DNA of 64,000 nt. Origin: the human T2T-CHM13v2.0 reference genome, Homo sapiens. Positions 17,141 through 32,750 of the stretch are shown here, piece after piece. The position numbers and the translations under genes are program-made. The DNA lies in assembly GCF_009914755.1 (NCBI RefSeq), contig NC_060928.1; one strand, written 5' to 3'. Every line of letters begins with the position of its first letter. Within the stretch, counting starts at the first letter, position 1. The notes below the pieces were generated by a model. That model ran no database searches. It saw only the letters and a list, made by a program, of their open reading frames with translations, and had not been told where the DNA came from.

Positions 17141-18984
17141 TTAAAAACAGTGACCTGACAGCAGTTTTGGGATGGATTTAGGAAGAAGAGAGAAGCAGAA
17201 AGAACACCAAGGTAGTGGATGTAGGTATCCAATTTAACTTCTCTAAGCTAGGAAATCAGAATGCTTATAGGATCATGGTGAGAATTAAGTGTGGTGCCTG
17301 ATATGTGGCCAACAGCAGATAAATACTTGTTCCCTCTTCCACTACTTGGGGTTACTGCAGTGATGGTGCATGTGAAAAATAAAACAGGTTACTTGGGAAA
17401 GAGCAGCAAATTTAGCAAATACTTGAATTTTAAAGAATTTAAGAGAGACAAGCAAAGGAAAAGCTAGGATTTCAAACAGAAAAACCAGGTCTTAGGTAAA
17501 GAGGGGGAGGTGGTGGGTGTGGGAAGAGTACTAGTTTTGAGGGAAAGATGAGTTGATTTTTGGATATTTTTATTTGGACTTGAAATTTTACAACGATAAT
17601 ATGGATTCAAGAGTCCCTGACATTGAAGAGAAACCCGGAGATATACCTTGAAGCTCAAATTTCCAAGCCCCTCATTTTCCCTGGGCCCTTCCAAGGATAC
17701 ATGTCTAGTATTATGTTTGTAAGTTTTTATTGCTTTCCTTTAAGAAGTTCCCCCAGGAGTTATACAAGCTTCAGGTCCCACGACATCTGGATGGGTTCAG
17801 TTTGAAATCAGAAGGTATTTCTTTGGGATACTGGGAGATCGAGAGTTGGAAAAACCTTGTTACTGTCCTCAAAGGAAGAGAAGGGTCAGCAGAGAAGTCC
17901 AGAGAAGCATAGAGAAGGCCTTAGGGTAGGATGCTGCCAAGGAGATCAAAGGGATGAGGGGCTGAGAATGGGTCACCAGACTTGACTTCTCAAAAAGTAA
18001 CTGTTTTAGAGTGCATGCTCAATACAGTTGGGGGGAGGCCCACTGTCACGGGGTTGAGGAGGGAGGAGTAGGCAAGGGGTGTGGACTCCCCATTTAACAA
18101 GGTCGACAGTAAGAGAAAAGAAGATGCCACTCAACTCCTCACTTTCGATCTGCTGTAATTTAACTTGAGCCTGAACAGTCAATATTCCTTTGGGATTCAT
18201 ATTAGCTCCCTGAGCATGACATTGTCTTTCTCTTTATTACATTTTCTTATTCCTTAAGATTTTAAGATTTTCTTAATTGGATCCATTTCTCTTCATGCAC
18301 CATCAATGGCCAAGAAATGGGCTATTGGCAGGCACAGTTTTGGTTTTGGGGTTGATTGGTTTGTTTACACTAATAGTTTCTCTTTCTCGATCCAAGGCTT
18401 GACCAAGGAGGTCAGGAATTCTGTCCTGGGAGTTCAGGGACTGAGGACCAGGATGGAGGAAGCAAAAGGCGTCAGGCATTAGGCTGGAAACGTCTTGGTC
18501 GGTTATCTAGGATCAAAGAGTCAAAGGTAGCGATGACTTCATCCCCGTAGAGGGCGCCTCCCTACCCCGACAGTGGATTTTCGGTCAGCCGGTTTGCCCG
18601 GGATGTTTTCTTTGACTACTTGCTTCTCACTGGCGCCCCAAGTCACTTTGAAGAAAAAAAAAATGTGATTAAATCGATTCCCCTGTTTCTTTCTGTGAGG
18701 AGTGTGCCTTTCCCAGACAGCGTGCGTTCATTCGATGAGGCCTGGCAAAATTTTTGAGGGGTCTTTTTACGCTTTAATACAACCTAAAGGTTTCTGTTAC
18801 CATCATCATTGAGAATTAAAAACAAAAACAAAATAAAAAACGGTAACAAATTTACAGCTTGGCAGGCCCCAGGGAGGAGCTGACCTTTGCGAAGCTCTAG
18901 CGCAGCCAGGTTTCAGCTGTAGGGGTTGGGACAGGTCAGTTCGCCCAAGTGCTGCTAGCTCTCCAGGGAGAAGCAAGTGTTGGG

Positions 18985-21330
18985 GCAGAGGGTGGTCTGG
19001 CGCGTGCGTCGGGGGGCGTGTGCGGGTGTGTGTGTGTGTGTGTGCGCGCGTGTATATAAGAGTGTGTGCGCGCCCGTGTGCACAAGAGAGGGTGCCTGGG
19101 AGGCTGTCGCAAAGGCTCCTTTGTGAAAGGCACTTGCAGGTTCAGAAGCCAGCTTGGCGCCTCCTCTCGCCCGTTCCCCGAGGACACCTGGCTCTTCTGG
19201 GCAGCCCAGCTATCTCCGTCTCCTGCCGCCCCTACTTCTCTCGGTGGCCCCCGGCCTAGCCCCGCACCAGCCTTCGGGTGCGGGAAGCAGTGTGCCCCGA
19301 GGCGTCTCCCCCGGGGCCCCGCGCAGGTGAAGGTGAGCGCGTGGCGGTGACGGTGGCGCGCGTAGGGTGGAAGGGGAGGCGAGGGAGGGGCGGAGCAGGA
19401 AAGGGCGCGCTGCCCTTCCCGGCCGGCCAGGAGCAGCGAGGCCGCAGCTTTGTTACCTGAGGCTGCCGCTGCGCCCCGCCCCGCCCTGCCCCCTCGCGCT
19501 CAGGGTTGGCTGGGCCTGCAGTGACCGGGAGGAGGCGGCTACGCCGACACAACGGCGGGAGGCTGCAGCGGTCTGCGCGCCGGGAGCGGGGGCGCGCTGG
19601 CCGCGGGTGAGTGCGGGTCGGGCGGCCGAGGCGGGGGCGACCGCGGCGCGGGACACGGGGAGCTGGAGCCCCGCCGCTCGGGAGGGTCAGGGTTGGGGTG
19701 TTGTCCGGGACCCGAGGCTGAGGCGCCGAGAAGCGCGGCTGATGGGTGCCGGGTCTCGGCTTCCTCCGAGCCTCACCGGGAAAGCTGGAGAGGAGGTTCC
19801 AGTTCCCTCCACATCCACCCCGGTGACTTTGGCGGCCGCCCTTACCCGGCCACGGAGAACAGCGATCGGTCCCTGGAGGCGAGGACGCGCCGGTGTGGAC
19901 CCGCGTCTGGAGAACGAGCTGCATCGCCAAGGCTGCTGCGGGTCGCACCTGGGCGGTTGACTATTAGTCGTGGCTAAGACTTTCAGATCAACCGCCCCCT
20001 AGTTTATCCCGACCCTTGGGAGACAGCGGCGTCCCGCACGGAATGCGCAGCCGCGGCGCCGCGCTCGGTTCCCTAGCCAGCCGGGGGCCACGCCTGGCCC
20101 CTGACACAGTGGTGGGGCGGTGGCGGGGACCTAGTGCGGTGGTGCGGACCGAGGACCAGGCGCTTCTCGCCCCGACAAACTTGCTCCGGCCGCGCGAAGT
20201 TCGGATTGCAAGTTGCGCCCCGCGCCTGCAGGAGTGTGGGGAGGGGGAGGAAGCGGGTGGGCTGGGGATCAGCCTCCAAACAAGGGGTGTCCCCAGCTCT
20301 TGGAGAGCGGGTTCTGACCGGTTTCAAACGCCAGGAGTCTCCCCTCTGTTTTTCTCAGCGGCTCGACCCGGCTCCCTTTTGGCAGAGCCGCAGTGCGGCC
20401 GTGAGGCTTTTCCCCCGCGCCTGCGACCTGGATGGGGGACGTGGGAAGATGTCGCGGCGGAGGCTCCGGGTGGGTTGGGAGCGCGCGGCCGCCGCAGACC
20501 CGGTGTCTGCGAGCCGGAAGACCCCCCCTTTCGTTTCATTCACACGGACACCTCCCCTAGTTAGCCGTCTCCCACCCAACTTCTGGGCGCAGCGTGCTAA
20601 ACCCCCGCAGAGGGGCTGGCGCCCTGGGGGGCGTGGCGTGGGGAGCGTGGGCTTTCCAGCGTGGGCCCCTCGGGGAGGGGGGCGGGGCCGAGACCCCCTC
20701 CAACTGGAGGGGCCGGGAATGGGCGAGCGGGTGCGGCGGCCGACCCAGCAGCTGCAGCCGCCGGACGGGAGAGCGGTCGGCGCTGCGGAAGGCCGAGGGT
20801 CGTGCAACGCCCGCGCTGGGCGCCCGCCCCGCAGTCCCCGCCCCGCAGGCCGCGGCTTCTCTCCCCGCCGCAGAGCTGGCGCGGCGCGTGTGGGCGTCGA
20901 TCTCAGCGCGCACCGGCGCCCCACCCTCGCGCCGCGACGCCCTTCTGCCCGGCGCTGATAAGGACGCAGCTGGGGCTCCGCGCGGCCCGTGGGCCGCCCA
21001 CTCGCGTTCAGTTTGCTGACCCCAGCGCGGCTCCCCGGGGATTCGCGGCCCAGCCGGTGGCGGCTGAGCCGGTGGCTTGTTGGTGAGTGGCTCGGGCGGG
21101 GACCGGGGTGCCGGGTTGGGGATGTAAGGAGGCTGCGGACAGCTGTCTAACGCAGAGAGCTGGTGAACTACTACGTATCCAAACTTGAAAGAAGTGGTGT
21201 CCCAGGACCCCCCAGGCCGAATTTCTTCCGGACTTAATGGTCGGTTTTCAAACTTCCGTGTGGACAGAAACGACCTCCGGGATTCGGCCGTCTGTGACCC
21301 CCTTCAACTGACCCACAGTTGTCTTCCTGG
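18985..21330. promoter_or_regulatory. CpG island / FHDC1 promoter region
   Basis: About 2.3 kb of very GC-rich, CpG-dense sequence with multiple GC boxes, in contrast to the CpG-depleted flanks. Confidence 0.93.
19520..19606 (+). other. FHDC1: FHDC1 probable non-coding exon 1 (start approximate)
   Basis: Strong donor CGG|gtgagt at 19607 inside the CpG island, with GC boxes upstream (ccccgccccgcccc ~19473-19486); the TSS cannot be fixed from sequence. Confidence 0.65.
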
Positions 21331-22008
21331 AAGGAGCAGCCGGCGCTCCCTTCCCTCTCTCTAGAGCATCCTTTGGCACGCATGTGCTTTTTTTTTTTTT
21401 TTTCTTGGTTTTGGGACAGTGAGAGAAACTGAAAATGAACATTCAAATACAGGCGTTTTTCCTCTGCTCTCGGGTGTTGGTCTCGGGCGCCTATGAATAT
21501 TTACATTGTGCTGCAGATTGAAGGCGCTTACTGGGAACGCGTTGTCCTGGGTTCTTTCACTACTGCCTGGAGCACAGGCAGACGGAACTCACAGAAGAGC
21601 TGGACGGTCCGGCTCTGGCCCGACTGCGTAATTGTACCGACTGACATTCTGTGTTTAATAATCAAGAAAGCTTTTGAAAGATAAGTGGTGGTGGAGGAGC
21701 CTTTTCCCGAATTAGTGGAGTGGGAGTAAAAATTCCATAGTTTAGAATTGTCCGTACTTTCCCCATCCTTTTCTTCTCTCCCAAATACAATAAAATAGGG
21801 CTGTGTGTTTCTCTACCTCTGCTCTCCAAACTCGGCTTGTTCTACCCTGGTTTGTCATCAGAAGCATGTGGGCCAGCCCTTCCTGCCCCCACCTCTTCTG
21901 TGGCACATGCCAGGAGTCAAGGAGAAAGGTTTTCTGGCAGGTTTTCCTTGATGTTCCTTTTGATTATTGTTGACCAAAGGAGTGAGTGACCAGCTGAGCA
22001 CCAAGACC

Positions 22009-22143
22009 CTCATTCTGAGCACCAGAACCACTGGTGCAGAACCACTCATTCTGAGCACCAGGACCGCTGGTGCAGAACCACTCATTCTGAGCACCAGGAC
22101 CACTGGTGCAGAACCACTCATTCTGAGCACCAGGACCACTGGT
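22009..22143. repeat. 36-bp minisatellite, about 3.75 copies (CTCATTCTGAGCACCAGGACCACTGGTGCAGAACCA)
   Basis: Units start at 22009, 22045, 22081 and 22117, with at most one mismatch each. Confidence 0.95.
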
Positions 22144-22202
22144 CCTCGTTCAGGAAAGCCCTGAGCTCCAAACTGACGGCCAGGAACATGCTCTCCCCTT
22201 AA

Positions 22203-22630
<428 letters not shown>

Positions 22631-25600
22631 GAGACTAGAACTTCTAGGGGTGTTTCTGACACCAAGGAAAAAGTACAGCGGGCTGTTTAGGCAGGAGAGC
22701 TTAGGAGGGGGCCAGGGGCAGCTTTGAAGACCCTTAACGAACGTTCTAAGATTTTTTGTCTGCCAATTAACTAAAAGTTAAGTACGTGATCACAGCATCG
22801 CCTTATTGAAATTTCACATAGTTGAAAGATGCTCAACTGAGCTACAGCCTCCTTGGGAGAGTCCATCACTCAAACACAACTCTGATGGGTCATGAGTAGC
22901 ACTCAGGGGACTTGAGGAGACATTCCCATCTTCAGAGCCCAGCCATGACAGCTCTGCATTTTACTCAGAGCTGGGCACTTGTCAGCCTTAGCAGCTACCT
23001 CATCCTGTTGCTGAGGTTTCCAACCTGTAGCTGAGATCTTACATACAGGCCTGTCTCTGTCTGCCCAGGGGCAGATTGATGGGACTACTTAGCATTTTCC
23101 AGACAGAGTGGGGGCTAATCCCATTGTCCCTACTGGCAGTTGTCAGCTGTGAGAAACAGGCAGCCAATGTGGTCTGTTAGGGCTGCAGCATCACCTGCGT
23201 TCTCCTAGCGTACCTGGAGAGTGTGTGTTTGCATCTCTACTGCGGGCAGTACTGCAGCAAATCCATCGTTCTTTTGTGTATTCTCTATTTTAATTTCCAT
23301 GTGGCTGTGGAAAGGGTTAGAATTCTGTCTGTACTCCACTTTTCCTGCCACCTCTTTCACATTGGACATCCTGGCCCAGGGGGAAACCCTATTGGAGTAA
23401 AGGTAGTAAAAGCATTAGCGTCTTGGCTAATCATTGCTGGCGAACCTATTCATTAGAAGCCGTTGGGGGGCTAGGATCCTTGTGTGTTACCCTTGGAAGA
23501 AATTAATCAGACAGCATACCAGGGACACTGTTGTACATTTTCTTTTGTTTCCTTTAACTTTTAAAAATAACATTCTTTTACATGGGGCATTGGTTAGAAT
23601 CATCCCAATGCAGAGCTAACAAGTGTCACTTTTTACTTTGACAGTCGTTTATCTGGTACTTCCTCTGTGCAAAGCACAGTACTAAAACACGCACCTTTCT
23701 GGCTTTGTTGTTAGGAGACAGTGAGGTTGCATAACCTTGGAGTATATAGTCTTCCTTAGTCTTTGTCAGTATCTCTGTATTTGCATTGTGAGGTTTAGTG
23801 GCGCATCTGTCCATATACAGCACTGAATGAGTTACTGCTTTCTAGATTGGAGACTTTTTGAGCTTATCACCATTCTTAACAGGGATAATCTATAAATAAG
23901 TCAGCATATCTGGAATTGGAGGTAAATTGGAGGATTAACAGCTCTTCTATACATGAGATATTTTATGTACAGAAGTATTTTAAAATATGTAAGGATAAAC
24001 TGCCAAAATTACCTGCACAGTCTTGAAAAAGAAGAGTTCAGATATAACTATAAACTGTAATTGACAATGAGTCATTTGCTTTAAGGGTGCCAACTATGAA
24101 AACAGCCTAGTTATGCCCCTAATGATAATTATGAAAACTCTTTCTAGAAGCCAGTTACATCTCAAGTGAGCTGTATGTCAGCTTGGAAAAATATTTTCTA
24201 TTTTACTTATTTAAAAATTATTTGGTGGTGATGGCTGCACAACACTGTGAATGTACTTAATGCCACTAAATTGCACACTTAAAAGTGGTGAAAATGATTT
24301 TTTAAAGTATCCAATTAATAGCTGGAGATGCCATTTTCCTCCCATATAGAGGCAGTTTTCAGAACTCTAATATTCAAATGTTTCACTAAAATATTTGCTT
24401 TTGTAATATGGAGACAATTTAATAGATGATCACCAAGCATTGAGAAAGGACAGCTCTCACAAACTTTGATAGCAAAGAATGGAAATATTACAAGTTTGTT
24501 CCTAGCAGCCAGGGGTAACTTGGCATTTTATCTATAAACCCAATACATATTTTAAAGCAAATGTAATGCCTGTGAAAATAAAGGGAAATTATATGCACAT
24601 ATGATAACAGCTTGTTATTGTTATAAATAATAGCTAACTATGTACCAGGCATCTTGGTAAGGACCATACATGTGTTAGCTCTTTATTTTTATACAAACCA
24701 ATGGAACAAGTATTTCCTCATATTGTAGATGAGGATGCTGAAATGTAGGTGACGTTACCAACCTCAGCTCATGTTGCACATCTTGAAAGTAGCAGAACTT
24801 TCTGAGAAAAAGCAGTCTATTCCTAGAATCTCCACTCTTATTCCCAAGGCAGCCCTGCCTTTTGGATGTAGTTCTGTGTAAATCATTTTGTAATATTTGA
24901 ATTTGTGAGATCAGATTGTTTACTTCTGTGTAGTCTAAAATTATTTCATCAACTTGTGTTTGTAAGTATGGGCTTTGACAGTGGTGCTGTAAAAAGAAAA
25001 TTACACCCCGAAGTGCCGTGTAAAAAGCCATTGTGTATGGCCCTTTGTGATCTGGAGGAAATAGTCCCCTTTCCACACTCCCATCTAGTTGGGGTACTCA
25101 CTCAATAGCCTGCATGGCGTCCTTTCTACACCCCACTTACCTGTTCTCGTATCTGAAGAAATTTAGTAGTTTTGACCTCTCTTTCACATCAGATCGGTAA
25201 CAGCCCAGCATGAAAAACAAACGTGAAGTTCCATAAAAATGCAACCCACTAAAGTAAGTTGGTGACTGTGTATAAGGGACATGTGGCAGATGTGACATGG
25301 GCAGCGTGTCCTTGGGCGTATCTCTTCTTTGCTAAAAGTGTCAGAAGCAGAAGAGGTAGGTGATGGTTTCCAAAGAGTGGCTTAACTAGAATCTAAGATG
25401 ATAGAGGTCATTTAATGTGTTCTCCTAATTTTACAAATGAGAAAACTGAAGTCTGGTGAGGCAAAGTGACTTGTCTAAAACTATAAGCAGTAAAGCTTGA
25501 TTTAGGGCTGGAATCTCATTTTTCATATCTGCTGTTCTTTTCTCTATTTGGGGGAAAGCCACATCACCAAGTAGAGCATAAATATGGTGGCCCTGATTCC

Positions 25601-26254
25601 AGGGAAATGAGCTAGGCCATTATTATATCATCTCCAAATGCCCTGTCTTATCCGTCCAAGGTGCAAGATGCCTTTTTTGACCCACTGATTGGTAGGAGAC
25701 ATGTCCAGACTGGAAAAAGGTAGGGTCACTCATGCCTAATGCTCCAGCAGTTTGGGCAGTTTCCCTAGGGGTTGGGCAACCATTGTCCAAAGAGAACGAA
25801 CTAGTTAGTAAACAAGTAGTTTATTCATAAAGTGAGCAATACTTACTGAGCCTCTAGCAGGCTCTCAATATAAATGTGCTTTGTTGATTAATATAAGGTT
25901 TCCAATTGGATTTGTTGCAATTTCTCTGGCAGAATTTCCAGGTGGTAAAATTTGATTCACATTTAGAAAAGCGTTGGGTCCTTGTAATGCAACTTGGGAT
26001 GTGTTGCCCCTCATTGATTTTCATATCCAACTCATATGGGAGGATTGATACTAGCCTCTGAAGGGAAATGCTGATGCGAAACTGTTTGTCTGTAACTGAT
26101 TTGATATTTATTTTATCTTGCTAGGTTTGGAAGAGGACAGTTGCCCTTTATTCTGGCGGCAGATAGCAGCAGGTGAAAAAGTGCTACACAAGTTTGATGT
26201 TTGTGTCTTCTTCTCCAAGGCCAAGAAATTATCTCCATAGGAGGCAACAGTACT

Positions 26255-26752
26255 ATGCATGTTATGAATTGTGTCTCCTTGGTCAGTGATAAAGAAAATG
26301 GGAATATTGCCACAGCACCTGGATTCATGATTGGGCAGACACCTCCTCCAGCACCTCCTCCACCTCCTCCTCCACCCCCTCCATCTCCACCATGTTCATG
26401 TTCAAGGGAAGAGTGTCCTTCCTCCCCTCCTCCACCCCCACCACCTCCACTTCCTGGGGAGCCTCCCATCCCACCTCCCCCACCAGGCCTACCCCCAACT
26501 ACTCACATGAACGGCTACAGCCACCTTGGTAAGAAAAAGCGGATGAGAAGCTTTTTTTGGAAAACTATTCCGGAGGAGCAAGTTCGAGGCAAAACCAACA
26601 TCTGGACCTTGGCAGCCAGGCAGGAACATCACTACCAAATTGATACAAAGACCATTGAGGAGCTCTTTGGGCAGCAGGAAGACACCACCAAGTCTTCCCT
26701 TCCTAGGAGAGGAAGAACTTTAAATTCATCCTTCAGAGAAGCTCGAGAAGAG
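26255..26752 (+). CDS. FHDC1: FHDC1 (FH2 domain-containing 1 / INF1 formin) first coding exon (exon spans 26125-26752): start codon, poly-proline FH1, start of FH2
   Basis: Acceptor ...cttgctag at 26124, ATG at 26255 (MHVMNCVSLV), poly-Pro runs, FH2 start KKKRMRSFFWKTIPEEQV...NIW, donor GAG|gtaaga at 26753; 498 coding nt, phase 0. Confidence 0.97.
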
Positions 26753-28599
26753 GTAAGAATGCAAGGTGGAGGGCTAATCCTCCACACACTGCATTGTTTT
26801 GTGTTTTGGGATGTGTGTACATTTCAAATAATTGCTAGACACCCCTAAGAAATGAGATAATACAAGCGAATCTGCCTTGGAAATGCTAGGCAGGGTCTTT
26901 ACGATGAGCTTGAGCTGAGTATTGAGAAAGCGTAAGAAGTATGCGTGCTGTATCCTCCCAGACGCCCTGGTGGATTATGACCTCATGCAGAGAACATGCT
27001 ATTTGGGATCACTGCCCCTATCTCTAGCACATCTGCTGAAGGTTCCCCTGTTGGAGAATTCTGCTCAAGTCCGGATTGTTAGTCTCTGTTGAAACAAAAA
27101 CTGAGTTTCTAAAATTGGTTGTCTGGAATGAACTAGAGCTGACTGGGGCAGACTACCTTTTGTTAAATAGCATCATCAGCTGACGTCCATCCTTAGGATT
27201 TTACCCTTATTTTCTCCTCTAGTTTTTATATAACAAGTGTTTCGAGATGGCCTTCATTCCTCAGATCTCTGAACTAGATTATGGCCATTGGGGAACAGAG
27301 GCTTCCAAAGAGACAAAGCATAAAGCTGTTTTCAGAGAGATTGTGTAGGAAGGATGTTTCTAGTTAACACTAAATATGTTACTATGAGAAAAAATAAAGC
27401 TATTAAATTACAGGAAGTTAACTGAAAGCATGACCCCAGAGCTGCAGATCACCATGTATTACAGAAACTGCATCAAAAATTACATTTATAAGTATTGTCA
27501 GTTTAGAAACTTGAAGAAACCTCTACCTGCTAGAAAAAATAAATAAAAATAAAAAGGAAAGAATGCTGCCCCGCCCACATGCACACACAAAGCACAACAA
27601 CAACAACAACAACAAAACAGAGAAAGACAACAGAAATTCATCATTTAAAAATCTGTCATAAAGGAGCAGAGAAAACAGGTCAAAGATGCAGTTGATTAGA
27701 TAAGAGAGTAGGCAGGGCCCTGGGATGGAGTAGCAGCTCCATGCATTATTGAATTCTTGAGCCAACAATATTGACCTCTTTTCTCTTTCTCTCTCTTAAC
27801 TCCTTCTCTCCACTAATTCACTGGGGGGCCCTTAAAGCTGATTGTGTGATCTCCTGTTGAAATAGCCAAGAGTCTGTTTTTTATGAAATGCAGAAAACAC
27901 TGGGGTTAGAATTCTTGAAGTGTAAACTATGGCATAAATTTGAGAAGGAAATCTTCATGAGAACCCTTAGTGCCGTCAGTGCTGAACACAGGCTTGCCTG
28001 TCTCTTCCTTTTATGCAAAGTCCTTTTATTTGCTGGAGTATCCTTTCAATATTGGAAGGAGCAAGAAGTCATTTCCTTAGTACCCTGGCCTTTGCCCCAG
28101 CTCCCAACAGAGGTTCTTTATTGTACAGTAGGTCATTTCTCACTATTGTCTGCCAGCTCTCTTTACTGAAATTCAGGAATACTGAAGTAATTATTGGGTG
28201 GACCCATGTGGAAATGAGGCCTGTGTCTCAGCAGAGCACCTGTAATAGAAGAGGGCTAGCTCACCGTGTCCCGGGGAGGCAGCTGTCAGGCTAGAGTAGG
28301 TGGCATCGTTTGTGAATTGGGAAAATTTCAAGAGGCTAAGGGGAACTTGCTGCTTTATGTTTCCACATTAAAGAGAGGTTAAGAACCACTCAGAGAGAGA
28401 GAGAGGAAAGTGGCAGGGGTGTGGCATCTTTTCTCAACTATGATAGAAGCAGAGATGTCCATTTCTAAACCAGATCTGAAATTCAGGGAAAAAAATAATC
28501 TTTCTCTTGCCTTCCTCCACCCCTGCACCCTATGCAGATTTTTACACTTTTGTCATTAACTTATTTTTTAAGAATTATGTTTTTAAATGGTTTAAAAAT

Positions 28600-29400
<801 letters not shown>

Positions 29401-30133
29401 TGCTTTTAATACTTGTAGGCCCTAGTCTGAGAGACAACATACTAGAAAGAAAAATTAAATCACCATGACTGTGTATCATAAGATAATCTAACTTTGCAAC
29501 TCTTCAGTATTCAAGTATGATAAATAGTTGAGAATGATCCCTTTAAGTGCATTAGGTAATGCTGTCACATAACAGAGATTATCCAGAATTACTTTCAATT
29601 TTCATGTTATCTGTAGCGTGGCTAGGAGTATTATATATACTTTTTTACAGTAAAAGAATATGGTACATGCTATTTTCTTCCTTCAATTTTCTTCTGAAGA
29701 AGTTAGAACTCAGCAGGGTTCTTGTCTAACAAAGATCAGTAATAAATCTTCCAACTCACTTTGCAGTAAGCGGAGTCCAGGGTCAAAAGTAATAGTCCTA
29801 CCATCTGTTTGTGTGGACTGCAGAATTCCCTCCACAGCCTGTTCAGCAGAGGGACTGCTCCTGAGCCCGGAGCCACAGCATCACCATATTACAACACAGG
29901 CTGCAGTTCTGGAGGTTCAGACTTGCCCAGGCACAGATTATGACCCTTGAAATATCATAACCTCCTACAGAAACAGCCCGACATTATGTGATTGGCTTAT
30001 ACTTTAAAGCCTTATACTAATAAGTTCCATTGTACTCGTGAGGAAGAAATTTGCTGGAAGATAGGGAAGATTGGAGAATGGCTGAACTTAGAAAGAACAA
30101 CACTTAAATAGTGAGTTAGAACATTTAGTACAG

Positions 30134-30436
30134 GGCCAGGCACGGTGGCTCGCACCTGTAATCCCAGCACTGTGGGAGGTCGAGGCAGGCAGATCACTTG
30201 AGGTCAGGAGTTCGAGACCAGCCTGGCCAACATGGTGAAACCCCGTCTCTACTAAAAATACAAACATTAGCCGGGCATGATGTTACACACCTGTAATCCC
30301 AGCTACTCAGGAGGCTGAGGGATGAGAATCGCTTGAACCCAGGCAGGGGAGGTTGCAGTGAGTGGAGATCGCGCCACTGTACTCTAGCTTGGGCAACAGA
30401 GCAAGACTGTCTCAAAAAAAAAAAAAAAGAAAAAAA
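30134..30436 (+). mobile_element. Alu (AluSx-like)
   Basis: Full dimer; TSD ACATTTAGTA. Confidence 0.93.
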
Positions 30437-31497
30437 GACATTTAGTATGGGAAGATATGAAATGTTACTATCCTTGTATCTTTGTTAACTAAAAATTAAC
30501 TCAAAGAGACTGTAGATATGATGGTATAATAATAATTAAACTGTAATAAAGCAATTAGAAATAAAGACATATTACTGGGGATGAGACGAGAGAGATTCAG
30601 CTCAAACTCATCTTCTTCTCAGAGTTGGCTGATCCCATCCCCTGAGAAGCTCTGTAGTTCCTGACCCTCTATTACTGACATTCCTCAGGCCCCCTGGGAG
30701 CCTTCCACCAGTGTTAGCTGAGGGTGTGCGTGTCTGCCTCTACAGTTTGACCAGCTCTTAAGGGGAGGGCTGTATCTTAGCCATTTGGTATCCTCTAAAG
30801 GAAACAAAAGGTTACTGAACTGGACAGAACTGAACCAAGAGCACAAAGGGATCAGCTTATGAGGCATCAACAGATCAAAATTGGGGCTCACAAAGAAAGC
30901 AGAAATATTGAAACACCTCAGGTCATTCACTATGATGTCTGTAGCAATATAACATTGACCATCTAGGAAATAAGTAAAGTGGCTAATTAGAAAAAGAAGA
31001 CCACAGAAGAGAGAGAGAGAGAGAGAGAGAGAAGGGAAGGATGGAAGGAAGATTGGTTTTTCTAAATTTATGACAAGTAATAAATACTTTATTCTCCCAC
31101 ACTATAATTCAGCTGTCAGTCATTCTCACCTTTTGTTATGATGCCGGTATGTTCCAGAATTTCGGGATATGCTCACAGTCCAGAACTGTAGAACTAGATA
31201 GAGCATTTCAAATACATTTGGGAAAAAATGTGCTTCAACTGGATTTTCATTTTTTTTTCCCCAAAGTTGGGAGAGAGGACAATTTCCAATTGACAGCCAA
31301 CTAAAGTGAAAAAGAAAATGAAAAACCATCAAAACCCGAAAGCTAGGTCCATATTGGAGGATAGAGGAAGATCTTCACATTTTTGTTTTTCAGGACTTGA
31401 AGTGGGATGGAAATAGCCACTATGTAGTGTTACTCAAGTAGGTAAAGAAGCCCCCTTTGACATAAAAAACAAAAGTGGTTTAAAAGTTTCTTCCTTC

Positions 31498-32750
<1,253 letters not shown>

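Noticed and set aside
18936-21086. Many overlapping 60-274 aa ORFs on both strands
   Set aside because: Expected from stop-codon scarcity in a GC-rich CpG island; low-complexity R/G/P/A translations with no recognisable domain
22009-22143. Palindromic 36-bp repeats resembling a CRISPR array or REST sites
   Set aside because: Units are directly tandem with no unique spacers, the context is eukaryotic and no cas genes are present. The AGCACC-GGAC spacing also does not match the canonical RE1 motif
24222-24300. Similarity to 32018-32085 suggesting a local duplication
   Set aside because: Both look like independent fragments of the same old L1M 3'-end consensus
26113-26469. Poly-Gly antisense ORF
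   Set aside because: Reverse complement of the FH1 poly-Pro codons
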